Assembly (NCBI GenBank): GCA_038087875.1
Contig: CM075990.1
Coordinates: forward strand, 16,680,001-16,744,000
DNA: 64,000 bases
From: Malacoraja senta
Lineage: Eukaryota
Direction of reading: 5' to 3'
Positions 1-13,261 of this stretch are shown piece by piece. How positions within the stretch are numbered: position 1 is the first letter of the stretch; each line of letters starts with the position of its first letter. The notes beneath the pieces were generated by a model. That model saw nothing but the letters and a program-made list of their open reading frames with translations. It was not told where the DNA came from and made no database searches. A program made the translations under genes and the position numbers.

Positions 1-24
1 ATAACAAAACAAACCCAACAGACA

Positions 25-282
25 AAGAAGGGTCTCGACCCGAAACGTCACCTATTCCTTCGCTCCATAGATGCTGCCTCGCCCGCTGAGTTTCTCCAGC
101 ATTTTTGTCTACCAACAGAGAGTAACACAACATTGAGTAACACAACATTGAGTAACACAACAAGCTGGAGTAACTCAGTGGGACAGCGTCTGAAGAAGGG
201 TCTCGACCCGAAACGTCACCCATTCCTTCTCTCCAAGTTGCTGCCTATCCCGCTGAGTTACTCCAGCTTTTTGTGTCTATCT
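25..282 (+). mobile_element. Two Penelope-like element pseudo-LTR (pLTR) fragments with hammerhead-ribozyme-like core
   Basis: (CTG)AAGAAGGGTCTCGACCCGAAACGTCACC...AGATGCTGCC...GCTGAGTT..TCCAGC motif at about 25-112 and 190-282; the same motif recurs dozens of times in the window. Confidence 0.75.
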
Positions 283-1742
283 TCAAGTTCATTGAGTGGC
301 CTGTTTAACCCACTCTGTTGGAAATCAAGCATTGCTTTGTTTTAGCTGAGGGGCTAACCCAGGGATGCTCTGTATTAGCTTGGCTGATCTTCTTGTTTTA
401 CCCATTTGCTGATCAGAGCTCTCACTGTAAACAGTGCTCTCTGGAACGCTGAGAGCCCCACCGTGATTTTTTAGTTCCAGGATACGGAACTGTTTCGAAT
501 GAGGAGTTCAAATGGTTGAGTGCTTGACTCACTGCCAAATGAATCACGGGCTTAAGCCCACCAGGCTAGCTGTCACTTGGGCTTGCCTTCCGCACTTCAC
601 TGAGTCCTGAAAGTCATTTGGTTCTCACAAGAAAGCACCACCAAGAGACTTCATCTTACCCGTGCTCTAAAGTGGCCTGTGGCCAACTGAACTTTTCCTG
701 CTGTTGTAAAGAGGTTCCTGACCTCTAAGTGCTTGCACTAAAGTTTGATGTCTTTTCTTACTTGGCGAAAGTTTAGTTGCTCAAACACTTTCGGCACCAA
801 AAGTTATTTGTGAGCGTTTTGTACGTCCTGGTCCCAGATATATTGTGTAGGAAGGAACTGCAGATGCTGGTTTACACCGAAGATCATTTTTCCGACATCC
901 TTTATCTCCAGAGATGCTGCCTGACCCACTGAATTACTGCAGCATCTCCCCTCTAAATCCATCCTATTCATGTACCTGTCTAAATGTTCCTTAAACATTG
1001 TGACAGTAAAAACAATGGTGATAACTAATGTTGTCTCAAATGGATTTTGTGTGAATCAGACTCAAAAAGCTGGGGTAACTCAGCGGGACAGACAGCATCT
1101 CTGGAGAGAAGGAATGGATGATGTTTCGGGTCGAGACCCTTCTTCAGACCTTCTTCAGATATACTGTATGTGTTTGTGTCTGCACCATTTTAGGAGAATC
1201 GGCACCAATAATGGGGGATTATCGATGACAACAGCTGCTGATAACAAACCTGTTGCATCCAAACAAATTCAGCTGCTGTTTGAGGGAAAGGAAAATAAGT
1301 GAAATGGATGGATTGAAAGTAACCACAGTAACTATCTCTCAGATGACAGAGAGAGCTCTTTATTGGCTTTCTTTTGAACATTTGACAGGCTTGAAGCCTC
1401 TGATGCACACTTAACATGGTCCAGCTTAATACTGGGTGGGAACCACGCACAAGACAGGACAGTTGTACGCCAATTTCTGTCCATCAGCATTAATGCGTTG
1501 AAAACCCCACAGGAGTTCTGGCCTCTGTGCCTGAACTATCCCTGTGTGCACGTCTAAGCCACAAGCTTCCATCCTGTGCATGTCACTTCCAAACACCGGC
1601 CCTGTAATCCGATTTGAACCGAAGAGCTACGGGAAATAAAGTTATCTTCTTCTCACTGCCGTGCATGCTGAGATTTACACTGGCATTAACAACCAGGGGA
1701 GAAGTCTGCCCCTTGCTGCCCCTACTCCAGAAATAAAACGTG

Positions 1743-2043
1743 GGCAGCACGGTGGCGCAGCGGTAGAGTTGCTGCCTCACAGCGCCTGAGACCCGGGTTC
1801 AATCCTGACTACTGGTGCTGTCTGTACGGAGTTTGTACGTTTTCTCCGTGACCGCGTGGGTTTTCTCCGGGATCTCTGGTTTCCTCCTACACTCCAAAGA
1901 CGTACAAGATTGTAGGTTAATTGGCTTGGTTTAATTGCAAATTGTCCCTGGTGCGTGGAGTATAGTGCAGTGATCGCTGGTCGGTGTGGACTCGGCAGGC
2001 TGAAGGCCGTGTTTACACACTGTATCTCTAAACTAAATTAAAC
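1743..2043 (+). mobile_element. tRNA-derived V-SINE (HE1-like), near full length
   Basis: A box GGTGGCGCAGCGG, B box GGTTCAATCC, V-domain (GGAGTTTGTACGTT..CCGTGACCGCGTGGGTTTTCTCCGG), CR1-like 3' tail ending in TGTATCTCTAAACTAAA. Confidence 0.85.
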
Positions 2044-2098
2044 CAAATTATCTCATTTTAGAAGCAGGTTTTCTGACATGGGTTTTACCCAATTCCAT

Positions 2099-2245
2099 TG
2101 GAATTCATTGCCACAGAAGGCTGTGGAGGCCGTCAATGGCTATTTGTAAGGTGGTGATTGTTAGTTTCTTGATTAGTACGGGTGTCAGGGGTTATGGGGA
2201 GAAGGCAGGAGAATGGGGTTAGGAGGGAGAGATAGATCAGCCATG
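2099..2245 (+). mobile_element. CR1 LINE 3' fragment
   Basis: TGGAATTCATTGCCACAGAAGGCTGTGGAGGCC...GGTTATGGGGAGAAGGCAGGAGAATGGGGTT, same as other CR1 ends in the window (WNSLPQKAVEA motif). Confidence 0.75.
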
Positions 2246-3276
2246 AGCTGAAGGAGGGTTTCGGCCCGAAACGTTGCCTATTTCCTTCGCTCCATGCAAA
2301 GTTGAACAATCTCCACTATAGGAAATAGGCAACGTTTCGGGCCGAAACCCTATGGGTTTCGTCCCGAAACGTTGCCTATTTCCTTCGCTCCATAGATGCT
2401 GCTGCACCCGCTGAGTTTCTCCAGCACTTTTGTCTACCTTCGATTTTCCAGCATCTGCAGTTCATTCTTAAACAACGATCAGCCATGATTAAATGGCAGA
2501 GTAGACTTGATGGGCTGAATGGCCTAATTCTACTCCTTTGACTTACGAATGTTTGACCGCCACCTCCCCCTTCAACATCTGAGACCCAAGATGAGGAAAA
2601 AAGGCTTGAGATTGTACATTCTGGTCTATTTCTTTTTATTACATGAGATATCAATGCAAAATAAGGTGGGCAAATAATACTCACATGAGTGAACAAAGAT
2701 TGCCAGTGCTCATGCCGCAAAGAATAATTTCTGGGCTCAGATGTTCAAAGTCATTTTAATACTCACAAATGCAAGAGCAGATTTTAGTTGCATGCCACTC
2801 GACATCGAGTAGACCTGTCAGACATTGGCAGGCTGCAGTGCAGAACAGATGTGGTTCATCATGTAAGGGACTGGAGAGGTGCCAGATAATTAAACCAGTC
2901 CATTCTGTTGACTTGGATACTGTTTTGGATGGACCATAACATTTAAATAAATAGCTGAATACAACTGGACTCAATATGTGACTCACCCACTTCCATAAGG
3001 GAAGAGAAAGTAGCCATTCGATTACATACTCGATCCAAGGCCAGATCTCAGTTATTCTGTACTTGGATTGGTAAATATTTCATTGCCTGGCAAATATTTA
3101 TCCTGTACCATCGGAAAGAATGGCCCCGATTATTTTCTTTTCCACTGAAAACTAAAGGCAAACTGAAAATAGTCTCCCTGCTGCAAAAGTGAAGTTTGAA
3201 ACAATAACGTCACCCTTGTGGCACTGTAGCAAAGCTAAGCAAGCAGCGGCAAGTGATTCTGAGCAGCAGATAGATC

Positions 3277-3726
3277 GGCACGGTGGTGCAACGGTAAAGT
3301 TGCTGCCTTACAGCGCCAGTGATCCGGGTTCAATCCTGACTATGGGTGCTGCCCCCACAGAGTTTGAACGTTCTCCCTGTGACGGCGTGGGGGTGCTCCG
3401 GTTTCCTCCCACACTCCAAAGACGTACAGGTTTGTAGGTTAATTGGCTTGGTATAATTGTAAATTGTCCCTAGTGTGTGTGTGGTATAGTGCAGGGATTG
3501 CTGGCCGGTGCGGACTCGGTGTGCCAAAGGGCCTGTTTCTGCCTGTCCCTAAACTAAATATCTCTAAACTCCACACTCCAAAGATGTACAGGTTTGTACA
3601 TTAGTTGGCTTTGGTAAAAATTGTAAATTGTCCCTATAGTGTAGGATAGAGCCAGTTCATAGGGGGATCGGTGCTTGGCACCGACTCGGTGGGTTGAAGG
3701 GCCTGTTCCATGCTGCATCTCTAAAG
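3277..3726 (+). mobile_element. HE1-like V-SINE plus a second copy of its 3' half
   Basis: A/B boxes at about 3282-3336, V-domain, tail; 3' half repeated from about 3572. Confidence 0.8.
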
Positions 3727-5514
3727 TTTATAGTCTAAAGGTCGATGTTTTCATTTGTTTGACATCAAACATAGAGATGTGATGATAACACAGAACTGTT
3801 AACGTATGACAGTGGCTTCCTGTATGTGCCAGCAAATCAAACTTTCAGAGATACATAGGACATAGAACATAGAACAGTCCAGCACAGGAACAGGCCATTC
3901 GGCCCACAATGTCCATGCCGAACATGATGGCAAGTTAAACGAATTTCCTCTTCCTCTAACCAAAAGCACCTTAAATGCCACTTATATCTCTGGCAGTGTG
4001 TTCCATGCACCCAAAACCCTCAAAGCAAAAAACTTGCTCCATACATCTCCTTTAAACTTTGCCCCCTCTCACTTTAAGCTATGCCCTCTAGTCTTTGATA
4101 TTCTATCCTGGGAAAAAGGTTCTGACTGTCCAGCTTATCTACGTCTCTCAACATTTTACGTGCTTCCAACACCCAACGTCCGACGTATTGTCCACTTATC
4201 CTAGATCCCCTGGACCTTTCTTCAGACTGATTGTTAGTAGAGAAGGGAGAGCTGGAAAAGAAGTGTGGGTTGGCAACGTTTGGCAAGTGATAGGTGGATA
4301 CAGGTGAGGGGGGTTGTTGATAGGCAAAGGCTGCAGATGAAAAGGGGACAAAGGGTGACAGGAAGGTGACACAAATGAGACAAGGAGACAAAAGGATGCT
4401 GATAAGGAGAGGAATTAAATATAAAGTCAGTGGGCATAGTCAGTCTGGAGAAAGATCCCGACCCAAAATATTGCCTGTCCATGTCCTTCAGAGATGCTGT
4501 CCCACCCGTTGAGTTACTCCAGCAAGGAACAAGATTCCAGCATCTGCAGTTCCTTGAGTCCGCACTCCTTTGGCATTCTGACAATGCTGCTCCTTTTTAA
4601 TGTTTACTGGCCTTGTGTTAAAATAGATCTGTCCAGCATTTTATACTCTTAAGATTTCCTTTGCAATGTTGGTACACAATAGGGTGACACCCCGGCAAGT
4701 ATTGTGTTCAGGCAGTCCTTGAATAAAACAGAGTGGTATCTAACATGAGCACCGTATGCGATGGGAGAAGCTGCTGAATAGATATCCTATCCTTTAATTT
4801 TCTTTGATTCATCAGTCTGAAGGGGGTGAGTCAAAAGGGGGTAAATAGATCGCAAGGCCTGCATTAATCTACAAAAACTGCAGGATGAGTTGTTAATTCG
4901 TAGAAACACCTTATCAAACAAAAAGGCTTCAGTGTGATTTATCTCCAGTGCAAGCTGCTTCGAGCAAAGCAAGCATTTGGAAGACAGCAATACACACCAA
5001 TCATAGACCTCTGGGATTCTGCTTTAATAGAGAGAGAATTGTGTGGTCATAGTTAAATGAGGATTTATGAATATCAGTGGGGATTTATATTTACTTTAGC
5101 TCTTGGATTGCTACAAAGCCACCACATTAAACCGCTCATAAGAAAATGCTTTTACTTTGCCCGCGTGGTGGAGGCTTCAAGAACAAGCCCTGCTCCCGAC
5201 TCAACACGTCACGCAGTTTGCTGACACCTGATTAATGATAACAAATCTGGGAACTGAAGGTTGACTAACCACAGCTGGAAAATTCAATCTTATTCTAAAA
5301 TGGAAAAGGGATGAAAAATAAAGCAATTAATAAAATCCACTCAAATCACTGCATTCTCACGTGGTATTTCCCATCATGTTGACAGCGCCAACAAAAGGAG
5401 ATTGTAGGTAGGGGCTGCAGAAGCACACACGAGCACCCAGTCTCTCCCCACACAGTCCACACGACACTGCTCCTTACACCCATGCACATGTGAAGGAGAT
5501 AGTGGTTCTTTGTT

Positions 5515-5826
5515 TTTTAGTGTAGTTTAGAGATACAGCGCGGAAACAGGCCCTTCGGCCCACCGGGTCCGCGCCGACCAGCGATCCCTGCACATTAACG
5601 CTACCCTACACGCACTAGGGACAATTTACACATACACCAAGCAATTTAATCTACATCCCTGTACGTCTTTGGAGTGTGGGAGAAAACCGAAGATCTCGGA
5701 GAAAAGTCACGGGGAGAACATATAAAACTTCATACAGATGGCACCCGTGGTCGGGATCGAACCCGGGTCTCCGGCGCTGCAAGCGCTGTAAGGCAGCAAC
5801 TCTACCGCTGCGCCACCGTGCTGCCC
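5515..5826 (-). mobile_element. HE1-like V-SINE
   Basis: Reverse complement of SINE head (CTACCGCTGCGCCACCGTGCTGCCC) and tail (TTTAGAGATACAGCGCGGAAACAGGCCCTTCGGCCC). Confidence 0.85.
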
Positions 5827-5989
5827 TTCCATTCATCGGAGTTGAGAGTATGAATATTACAAAAAGTGGTGTTCATCTATCAAGCCATGGAGAACTCTCT
5901 CTAATCTGAAAAACAAATTGTGACTACCACACTCCATTTCCTTTTAGTTAATTCATTTTCTATCTTTCCAATTTGAGAAAGAATGACTT

Positions 5990-7039
5990 GAACACTGCAG
6001 TGGCAGTTGCTGGCAGCAGTTACAGCTATGACGTGACCATGGGATCTCATTTACATAAACTGCCCTTGAACAGTGCTCCACCCGACAATTACATCACAAT
6101 AGGATCTCATTTACATAAATTGCCCATCAACAGTGTTCCACCCAGTGCAATGAGAGATTTGTTACATTGTTGTAAGGAGAGGGAGGGTGTGGGCGAGGTG
6201 AGTTGGAGAAATGTTATTTAAACATTGTGTTTAGTGGGGGAGTGCGATAGGGGAGAGGTGAGGAGTTGGGGAGCAGGGAGAGGGGGAGCGGGGAGAGGAG
6301 AGAGAAGAGGGAAGAGGGAGGGTGAAGAGGAGGGGGAGGGAGTGTTGGGGATGAGGGTAAATGAGCCGTGCCTACGCAGTTGGGGGCTATGGGTTGGGAG
6401 AACATGTTGCATTAGGGGATCGGGTGAGTGGTGGAAGCAGGTTGTGTTGGGGGAACATGTGAGTGATGGAATATTGTGCTTGAGGAACGGGGTCCAACGG
6501 GTCCCACTTGGTCTAGTATATATTACTAAAACTCTCATCTTGTTTGTTTGTTTGTATGCATGTGTGCGCATGAGATCCCAAAACCCTGCCAAAACGGTAC
6601 ATGATAGTGCTACAATTTTTAGCCCACCTTACTCACCATTGTCCTGTGATGTAAATGAAACAAGTTTCCTTCAGATTGATGGTGTATTTTACAAGTTATT
6701 GACATTTTAAACTTTACAAAAATCACTTTTCAAACCACTTTTCCACTTGCCCTGCCCCTCAGCCACGTTTGACGTCACAATGACATCACAATGGGATCCC
6801 AAATTTTTTTTTTTTTAAATATCCATGGTGTTTTTTGCACGTACTTGCCTGGCCTCACAACGGGGACCCAACAGCTCCACAGATAAGTTTTCTTCTACTG
6901 TACAAACGCCTCCACGGGTCCTCTATTCACTTTATTAACTTTAACTTAATTTCAGCTGACAGCGGCACAACTTTGAACGCAGCGGCCGCGCACGCACAGT
7001 TTGGTGGAATGTTGCGTTGGGGGAAGCAGGCCCAACGGT
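5990..7039 (+). mobile_element. Two tandem non-autonomous Helitron-like elements (junction at 6516/6517)
   Basis: First unit ends ...CCAACGGGTCCCACTTGGTCTAG (CTAG 6513-6516). Second starts TATATATTACTAAAA followed by a (TTTG)n microsatellite and ends at a subterminal hairpin CGTTGGG..CCCAACG (7015-7037). Left boundary approximate. Confidence 0.5.
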
Positions 7040-8029
7040 GACCTTTAAAGTGAGCACTGTGAAGGACACAGTGAAGGAAGTCCAAGGATTAACATTGATA
7101 GCTTTGATGTGGGGTTTGGACGCAGTAACATAGGAGACCTCTCTCTACGCTATATTTTCCAGAGTGCTGGGAGCATCAGTAATACAGATGTTGGAGGCTG
7201 GGGTCACCTTCACAGCTTCTGGTAAAGAACTAGACTGTAATGTGGTCAACAGCTCCTCGCACTGACCAGCGCCAACTTGCTGGATCAGCAGAAACGTTCT
7301 GCTGGAGCTGTCTCGTAGTAAGATCAGGCTGTGTTAACCTTGACCGGTGAGTTCACATCCTGTCTCCTGCAAGCTTTTTCTTGCTGCTGATTCATCAGTG
7401 CTGTCACCAGAACCGTTTCTGCAGAGACGTGAGTGTGTGTCTGTGAACATCTTTATCACGGTGCCGTCTCTGGGATCCGTTTAAACTAATAATTCTTTGT
7501 TAACTGCAGGAGTCTCCATTTCCCCTTCCCAAGACATTACCCTCTGTTAGTTTTGAAGCCTGTAAGTCTTTATCAAAAGGCCATGCATAAGCCACAAGAC
7601 CAGGCACCAGAGAAACAGGTTTCTGTCACTCCACTTGTGCATAGACTGTTGGGAGGAGGGGTTAGAGGCCTCATCATGAACAAGGGCATCAATACAGATC
7701 AACACAATGATCGGAAACCCTCTTGATCGATGAGACGGGTGGAGTCTGAAGAGTTAACCATCCATTTTGGATTCTGCAGTGCACGGAAGTGAACAGGTAG
7801 TTAGGGGGGATGGGAGTTGAAGATCTTTGGAAAGATACTGAAGGTCGGGAATGAATAGCAACGCTTTGAATATCAATTCCCAGAAGGATTATGGAAGAGG
7901 ACATGTCAGAGCCATACCATATTAGGCATTGTTTTTGTTCCAACAGTAACAAGGAAATAATATATATGCAAAGGACATTTAAAGAGGCTGCACCTAGAGA
8001 CAGCATGGTGTCGTAACGTCATGTCAGAA

Positions 8030-8548
8030 GTGATAGTAGAATTAAGCCATTATCCATTACGTCTACTCCATTCAATCATGGCTGTTCTACCTCTCCCTCC
8101 TAACCCCATTCTCCTGCCTTCTCCCCATAACCTCTGACACCAGTGCTAATCAAGAATTTATCTATCCCTGCCTTAAAAATATCCACTGACTTGGCCTCCA
8201 CAGCCTTCTGTGACAAATAATTCCACAGATTCACCACCAAAGAAATTTCTCCTCATCTTCTTCCTAAAAGAACGTCTTTTAATTCTGAGGCTATGACCTC
8301 GACTCCTCGACTCTCCCACTAGTGGAGACATCCTCTCCACATCCAGTCTATCCAAGCCTTTCACTATTCTGTACTTTTCAATGAGGTCCCCCCTCATTCT
8401 TCTAAACTCCAGCGAGCACAGGCCCAGTGTCGACAAACGCTCATCATAGGTTAACCTACTCATTCCTGGGGTCATTCTTATAAACCTCATCTGGACCCTC
8501 TCCAGAGCCAGCACATCCTTCCTCAAAAATAGTGGCCAAAACTGCACA
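8030..8548 (-). mobile_element. CR1 LINE 3' fragment (RT C-terminus and 3' UTR)
   Basis: ORF 8173-8547: VQFW..LRKDVLALERVQ.RF...LEFRRMRGDLIE.Y.IVKGLDR...SRGHSLRIK. Confidence 0.9.
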
Positions 8549-9224
8549 ATGGAGTATTGCTCATGCTATTATAGAAAGGGCATTGAAGGCCCAGAAGGCA
8601 TGCCCCAAATGTTCACTGGGCCACTGTCAGATTGTGGATGTGAGGTGAAATGCAAGATGTTAATGGTAAACAGAGATAGAAAGATAGAACACCATTTACA
8701 GTCACAGGGCCATGGTGTCATAGAATCACAGTGCCCTTTGGCCCAACTTGCCCACGCCGACCAACATGCCCCATCTACACTAGTCCCACCTACCTACATT
8801 TGGCCCATATCGCACTAAGTCTTTCCCATCCATGTACCTGTCCAAATGTTTCTTAATAGTCCCTGCACCCCATCCTACCTTCACCCTTTGTTTCTATTCT
8901 ACACGCATTCTCATCAAATGCCTGTTATTTCACCACTTCCTATACATGAGGGGCAATTTACAGAGAGCTACTTAATCTCCCAACCCACATGTCTTTGGCA
9001 TGTGGGAAAAAGCTGGAGCACCCACAGGAACTCCACACAGACAGGGAGACCACACACACACAGCACCTGGGTCACTCTTGATGCCTAATATTACCCAAGC
9101 AGAATTATGAGAGGAAATTCTTTATTTGCACCTAACTGTTGGAAATGGGCTGAGCTAATTCTGATGGAATCCCTGGTCCAGAACTGGGCATGTCAGTGGT
9201 GCAGCTGGTAGAGCTGCTGCCTTA

Positions 9225-9529
9225 TGGGGCTGTCCCACTGTACGAGCTGATTCAAGAGCTCTCCCGAGTTTTAAAAAAAATCAAACTCGTGGAAGCACGT
9301 AGAATGTACATAGCGTGTACGTCGGAGCTCGGTGACGTCTCTTACCGGCTCGTAACGCTAACGGCGGGTACTCGGGAAACGCGGTAAGCTCGGGAAGACT
9401 CGTGAAGATTTTTCAACATGTTGAAAAATGTCCACGAGAGCCCCGAGTACCTACGAGCGGCTATTACCATAATTCTCCGAGTTCGAATCAGAGGAAACTC
9501 GGGAGAGCTCGTACAGTGGGACAGCCCCA
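9225..9529. mobile_element. PIF/Harbinger-type MITE inserted into a V-SINE head
   Basis: 24-bp TIR TGGGGCTGTCCCACTGTACGAGCT / AGCTCGTACAGTGGGACAGCCCCA; TTA TSD (9222-9224, 9530-9532); host SINE GCTGCCTTA|CAGTGCC is restored when it is removed. Confidence 0.85.
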
Positions 9530-9742
9530 TTACAGTGCCAGAGACGCAGGTTTGATCCAGAATTCGGGTGTGCAATTTGCGCAATCTCCCTGCGACTGCA
9601 TGGGTTCCCTACGGATGCTCCAGTTTCCTAAAACATCGCAGAGTCGTGTGGGTTGTAAGGTTAATTGGCCTCTGTAAATCACACCTAGTATGTACGTGAG
9701 TGGTAAAATCATTGGAATTTAATAAGAAAGCGGGGAGAATGC

Positions 9743-9921
9743 TGGGCGGCACGGTGGCGCAGCGGTAGAGTTGCTGCCTCACAGCGCCAGAGACCCAGGT
9801 TCGATCCTGACTATGGATGCTGCCTGTATGGAGTTTGTACATTCTCCCTGTGACTGTGTGGGTTTTCTCCAGGTTCTCCGGTTTCCTCCCACACACCAAA
9901 GATGTACAGGTTTGTACGTTA
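9743..9921 (+). mobile_element. HE1-like V-SINE (5' part)
   Basis: GGCGGCACGGTGGCGCAGCGGTAGAGTTGCTGCC...GGTTCGATCC, V-domain. Confidence 0.8.
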
Positions 9922-10557
9922 AAAAAAAATTGTCAACTTAAATTAAATAAAAAATTGGTGATGGGCCAGACGCATTAGGTGTTAACGTGCCAAAAATCAG
10001 AAACCAGTCCAGGCTAATAACTAAAGAGGAACATTTCAGCCAGGCCAATATCAATCTCCAATCTTGATGGACCTCCAACATAATACAAGATAATCAGTTT
10101 TCAATGTAACCTAATATCATAACATACAAAGACGTTTCACATCAATTAACACCAAAAATTGTTGCTGTGATATGAACATTTCACTACATATTTTAATAAT
10201 TTAAGCATATCTTGCTGACGTGCGTACGAAAACAACAAATTATTATTCCAAAATAGGTTCCGGTTAAATGGTTATCTGATAAGTAAGTACAATATTTTGC
10301 AACAATGCTATCTAATTAAAGGAATAATTAATGATCTCTCAGATGCCAAAACTGTTCTTCTTTGGGCAATGTTTGCACCTGTTTGTCTCCTGTTGAGGGT
10401 AAAGAGAATGTGCTTCGAAAGCCGTGAGATCCAGCATGGAATCCATAGAGTAGCAGCTGCAACATGAATGAAACTTCATCCTTTAACATTTACAAAGGAA
10501 AAGGCCGGACATGCATTTGAACGGCGCCTTGTGTATCCCTTTCAAGGGATTGGAGGG

Positions 10558-11005
10558 GGGGATGCTCCTCAAACTGCGAAGCATCTTGGACAATACAGCT
10601 CACCCCTTCCGCGACACACTGGTCAACCTGAGGAGCACCTTCGGCAACAGACTGGTTCCACCAAGATGCAGGACAGAACGCCACAGGAGATCCTTTCCTC
10701 CTCTCCAGAGATGCTGCCTGTCCCGCTGAGTTACTCCTGCTTTTTGTGTCTATCTTTGGTTTAAACCAGCATCTGCAGTTCCTTCCTACACAGGTCCTTT
10801 TTCCCTGTGGCTATGAAACTGTACACCTCCTCCGTGGAGTTGACTGTCGTGGAGTAGACTGACTCCCCTCCCTTCCATCCCCAATGCGTTCCACTCGTCA
10901 CTTTAATTTCATGTTTCATGTATCTTGTGTTTTTTATGACTGTTGGCAGATCAATTTCCCTCCTGGGATAAATAAAGTTCTATTGTGTCGTATTGTATCG
11001 TAGCG
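10558..11005 (+). mobile_element. Rex1/Babar-like LINE 3' end, interrupted by a Penelope-like pLTR (about 10700-10792)
   Basis: Translation LLKLRSILDNTAHPFRDTL...RCRTERHRRSF|FPVA.KLY; tail GGGATAAATAAAGTT followed by (TATCG)-like repeats. Confidence 0.7.
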
Positions 11006-11124
11006 TAAGACATCCTTAGCACTTCACAGCTTATGAAGCACTTACAAAGTCACTGTTTCAATAACGCAAATGTCGCCATCAATTTGCACACGTGATTGGA
11101 AACCATATTTTAAAAAATGTTAAT

Positions 11125-11273
11125 TGTACGTCTTTGGGGTGTGGGATGAAACCCACGCACAGGTCACAGGGAGAACGTGCAAACTCCGTACAGACAGCAC
11201 CCGTAGTCAGGATCGAACCTGGGTCTCTGGCGCTGTGAGGCAGCAACTCTACCGCTGCGCCACCGTGCCGCCC
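11125..11273 (-). mobile_element. HE1-like V-SINE (5' part)
   Basis: Reverse-complement head and V-domain. Confidence 0.8.
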
Positions 11274-11735
11274 ATCCTCAAGGGTTTTACGTCCACTTGA
11301 GACAGCAAATGAAGCATTTGAAATGCAACATCTTTAACTACGCACCACACAGTGTCAGCGTCGTTTTTGTTTGTGTTCTACATTCTGGACTTAAAACTTG
11401 ACGCTTCCAACTCAACGTTGAGGTTATCACACTCTGATTTACTCATCTTGTAAACAGTCACAGGACTTATCTTCCACAGTTTACACAACCTTTCCTTATC
11501 AGTTATCAAAAGTGACAAATGCTCCTTTATTTCATAATTATAGAGTGCAGTGGTTTCAAAGCTCTGATTACAGACATTAATGGTGAATCCTATACCGTCT
11601 CACCTTACAGAGCCAAAGTCTGGTCCGCGCTCCAATCAGATGGCATGGTTTCTTGGCTGAAACTGTCAGCTTCAATGAGGATCAGCAATGTTATTAGTTA
11701 ACACCAGCCTCTCTCTTCTACGCTATGATTCGTAT

Positions 11736-12049
11736 TTTAGTTTAGTTTAGTTTAGAGATACAGCGCAAAAACAGGCCCTTCAGCCCACCGGGTCCACACC
11801 GACCAGCGATCACCCCAAACTAGCACTATCCTACACACATTAGGGGCGATTTACAATTGCACCAAGCCAATTAGTTTACTAATCTGTATGTCTTTGGAGT
11901 GTGGGAGGAAACCGGAGATCCCGGAGAAAAGTCTCGCAGGTCACGGGGAGAACGTACAAACTCCGTGCAGACAAGCGCCTGTAGTCAGGATCCAACCCGG
12001 GTCTCTGATGCTGTAAGGCAGCAACTCTACCGCTGCGCCACCGTGCTGC
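11736..12049 (-). mobile_element. HE1-like V-SINE, full length
   Basis: (TTTAG)n tail through to CCACCGTGCTGCC head. Confidence 0.85.
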
Positions 12050-12157
12050 CTCTATTCTTCTCAAGCATTGAGCTACAATCCTACAGCATTGGACAAACAT
12101 GTAAAACATAAAAGGGTGTCAGGGTGGTGCTGCGCTGGAGACCCGGGTTCCATCCTG

Positions 12158-12524
12158 GGACGACAGATGGCGCCCTGGGACGACAGATGGCGCAATGGGC
12201 TAAGTGTTCGGCTGGCAACCGGAAGGTAGCCGGTTCGAATCCCGCTTGGAGTGCATACTGTCGTTGTGGCCTTGGGCAAGACCTTTGCCTGCGTGTGAAT
12301 GTGTGTGAATGTGTGTGAATGTGTGTGAGTGATTGGTGGTGGTCGGAGGGGCCGTAGGCGCAGATTAGCAGCCACGCTTCCGTCAGTCTGCCCCAGGGCA
12401 GCTGTGGCTACAGAAGTAGCTCACCACCACCGAGTGTGACTGAGGAGTGCATGAATAATGCGATGTAAAGCGCCTTGAGTATTAGAAAGGCGCTATATAA
12501 ATCCCATCCATTATTATGATTATT
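12158..12524 (+). mobile_element. Distinct tRNA-derived CORE-like SINE with L2-type 3' tail, nested in a V-SINE
   Basis: A box TGGCGCAATGG, B box GGTTCGAATCC, CORE-like GTCGTTGTGGCCTTGGGCAAGAC, (TGTGTGAA)n, tail GTAAAGCGCCTTGAG..AAAGGCGCTATATAAAT + (TTA)n; TSD ATCCTG (12152-12157, 12525-12530). Confidence 0.8.
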
Positions 12525-13261
12525 ATCCTGACTACGGGTGCTGTCTGTACGGAGTCTGCACGTTCTCCCAGCGACCTGCGCGGGTTTTCTCCGGGTGCTC
12601 CGTTTTCCACCCACACTCCAAAAGGTTATTTGGCTTCTGTAAATTGTCCCAAGTGTACAGGATAGTGCTAGTGTATGGGGTGGTCGCTGGTCACTGTGGA
12701 TTCAGTGGGCCGATGGGCCTGTTTCCACGGTGTGTCTCTAAAATCTAAAGTGTAAAGTAAAACAAAGTCTCAAACTGCGAACATTTTCACAATTACACGC
12801 GGCAGATTTGACTGCATTGTTCTGCGAAGAACTGCTAGTGAGTCTGAGGACTGAATGTCTTTGTCTCTGTCTGTCTCTCCATCTCTCTCTCTCTTTCTGC
12901 CTCTTTCTGTCTATCTGTCTCTCTCTCCCTCTCCCTCCGTCTGTCTGTGAATTTTCGATGATGGTGCAATTGTAGACACCGTGCCAGGAAAAAATCTGTT
13001 ATTGCCGCGCAAGAAATATTGATGCTACCAGGTTGATCATTGTTGCTGTCCTCCAAGTACACCCAGGCTCCGGCTCAGAGATACAAGCAACCTGCTTCTC
13101 ATTAAAGATTCTTCTCACATCCAGGCAGACGCTGCGCTTTCCCTGTCCATTTGCCTCTCCCCGTCCTGCAATCAGATTCTAACTAACATGCAAGTCACAT
13201 CCTGACATCCTAGTGCCGCAGTGGGCTGAATCATGCTCGAGCAGATAGCAGGAGCTAGTGC

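Noticed and set aside
1743..1815. tRNA genes (here and at other A/B-box heads)
   Set aside because: They continue into the V-domain and LINE-like tail, so they are SINE heads; no full cloverleaf seen.
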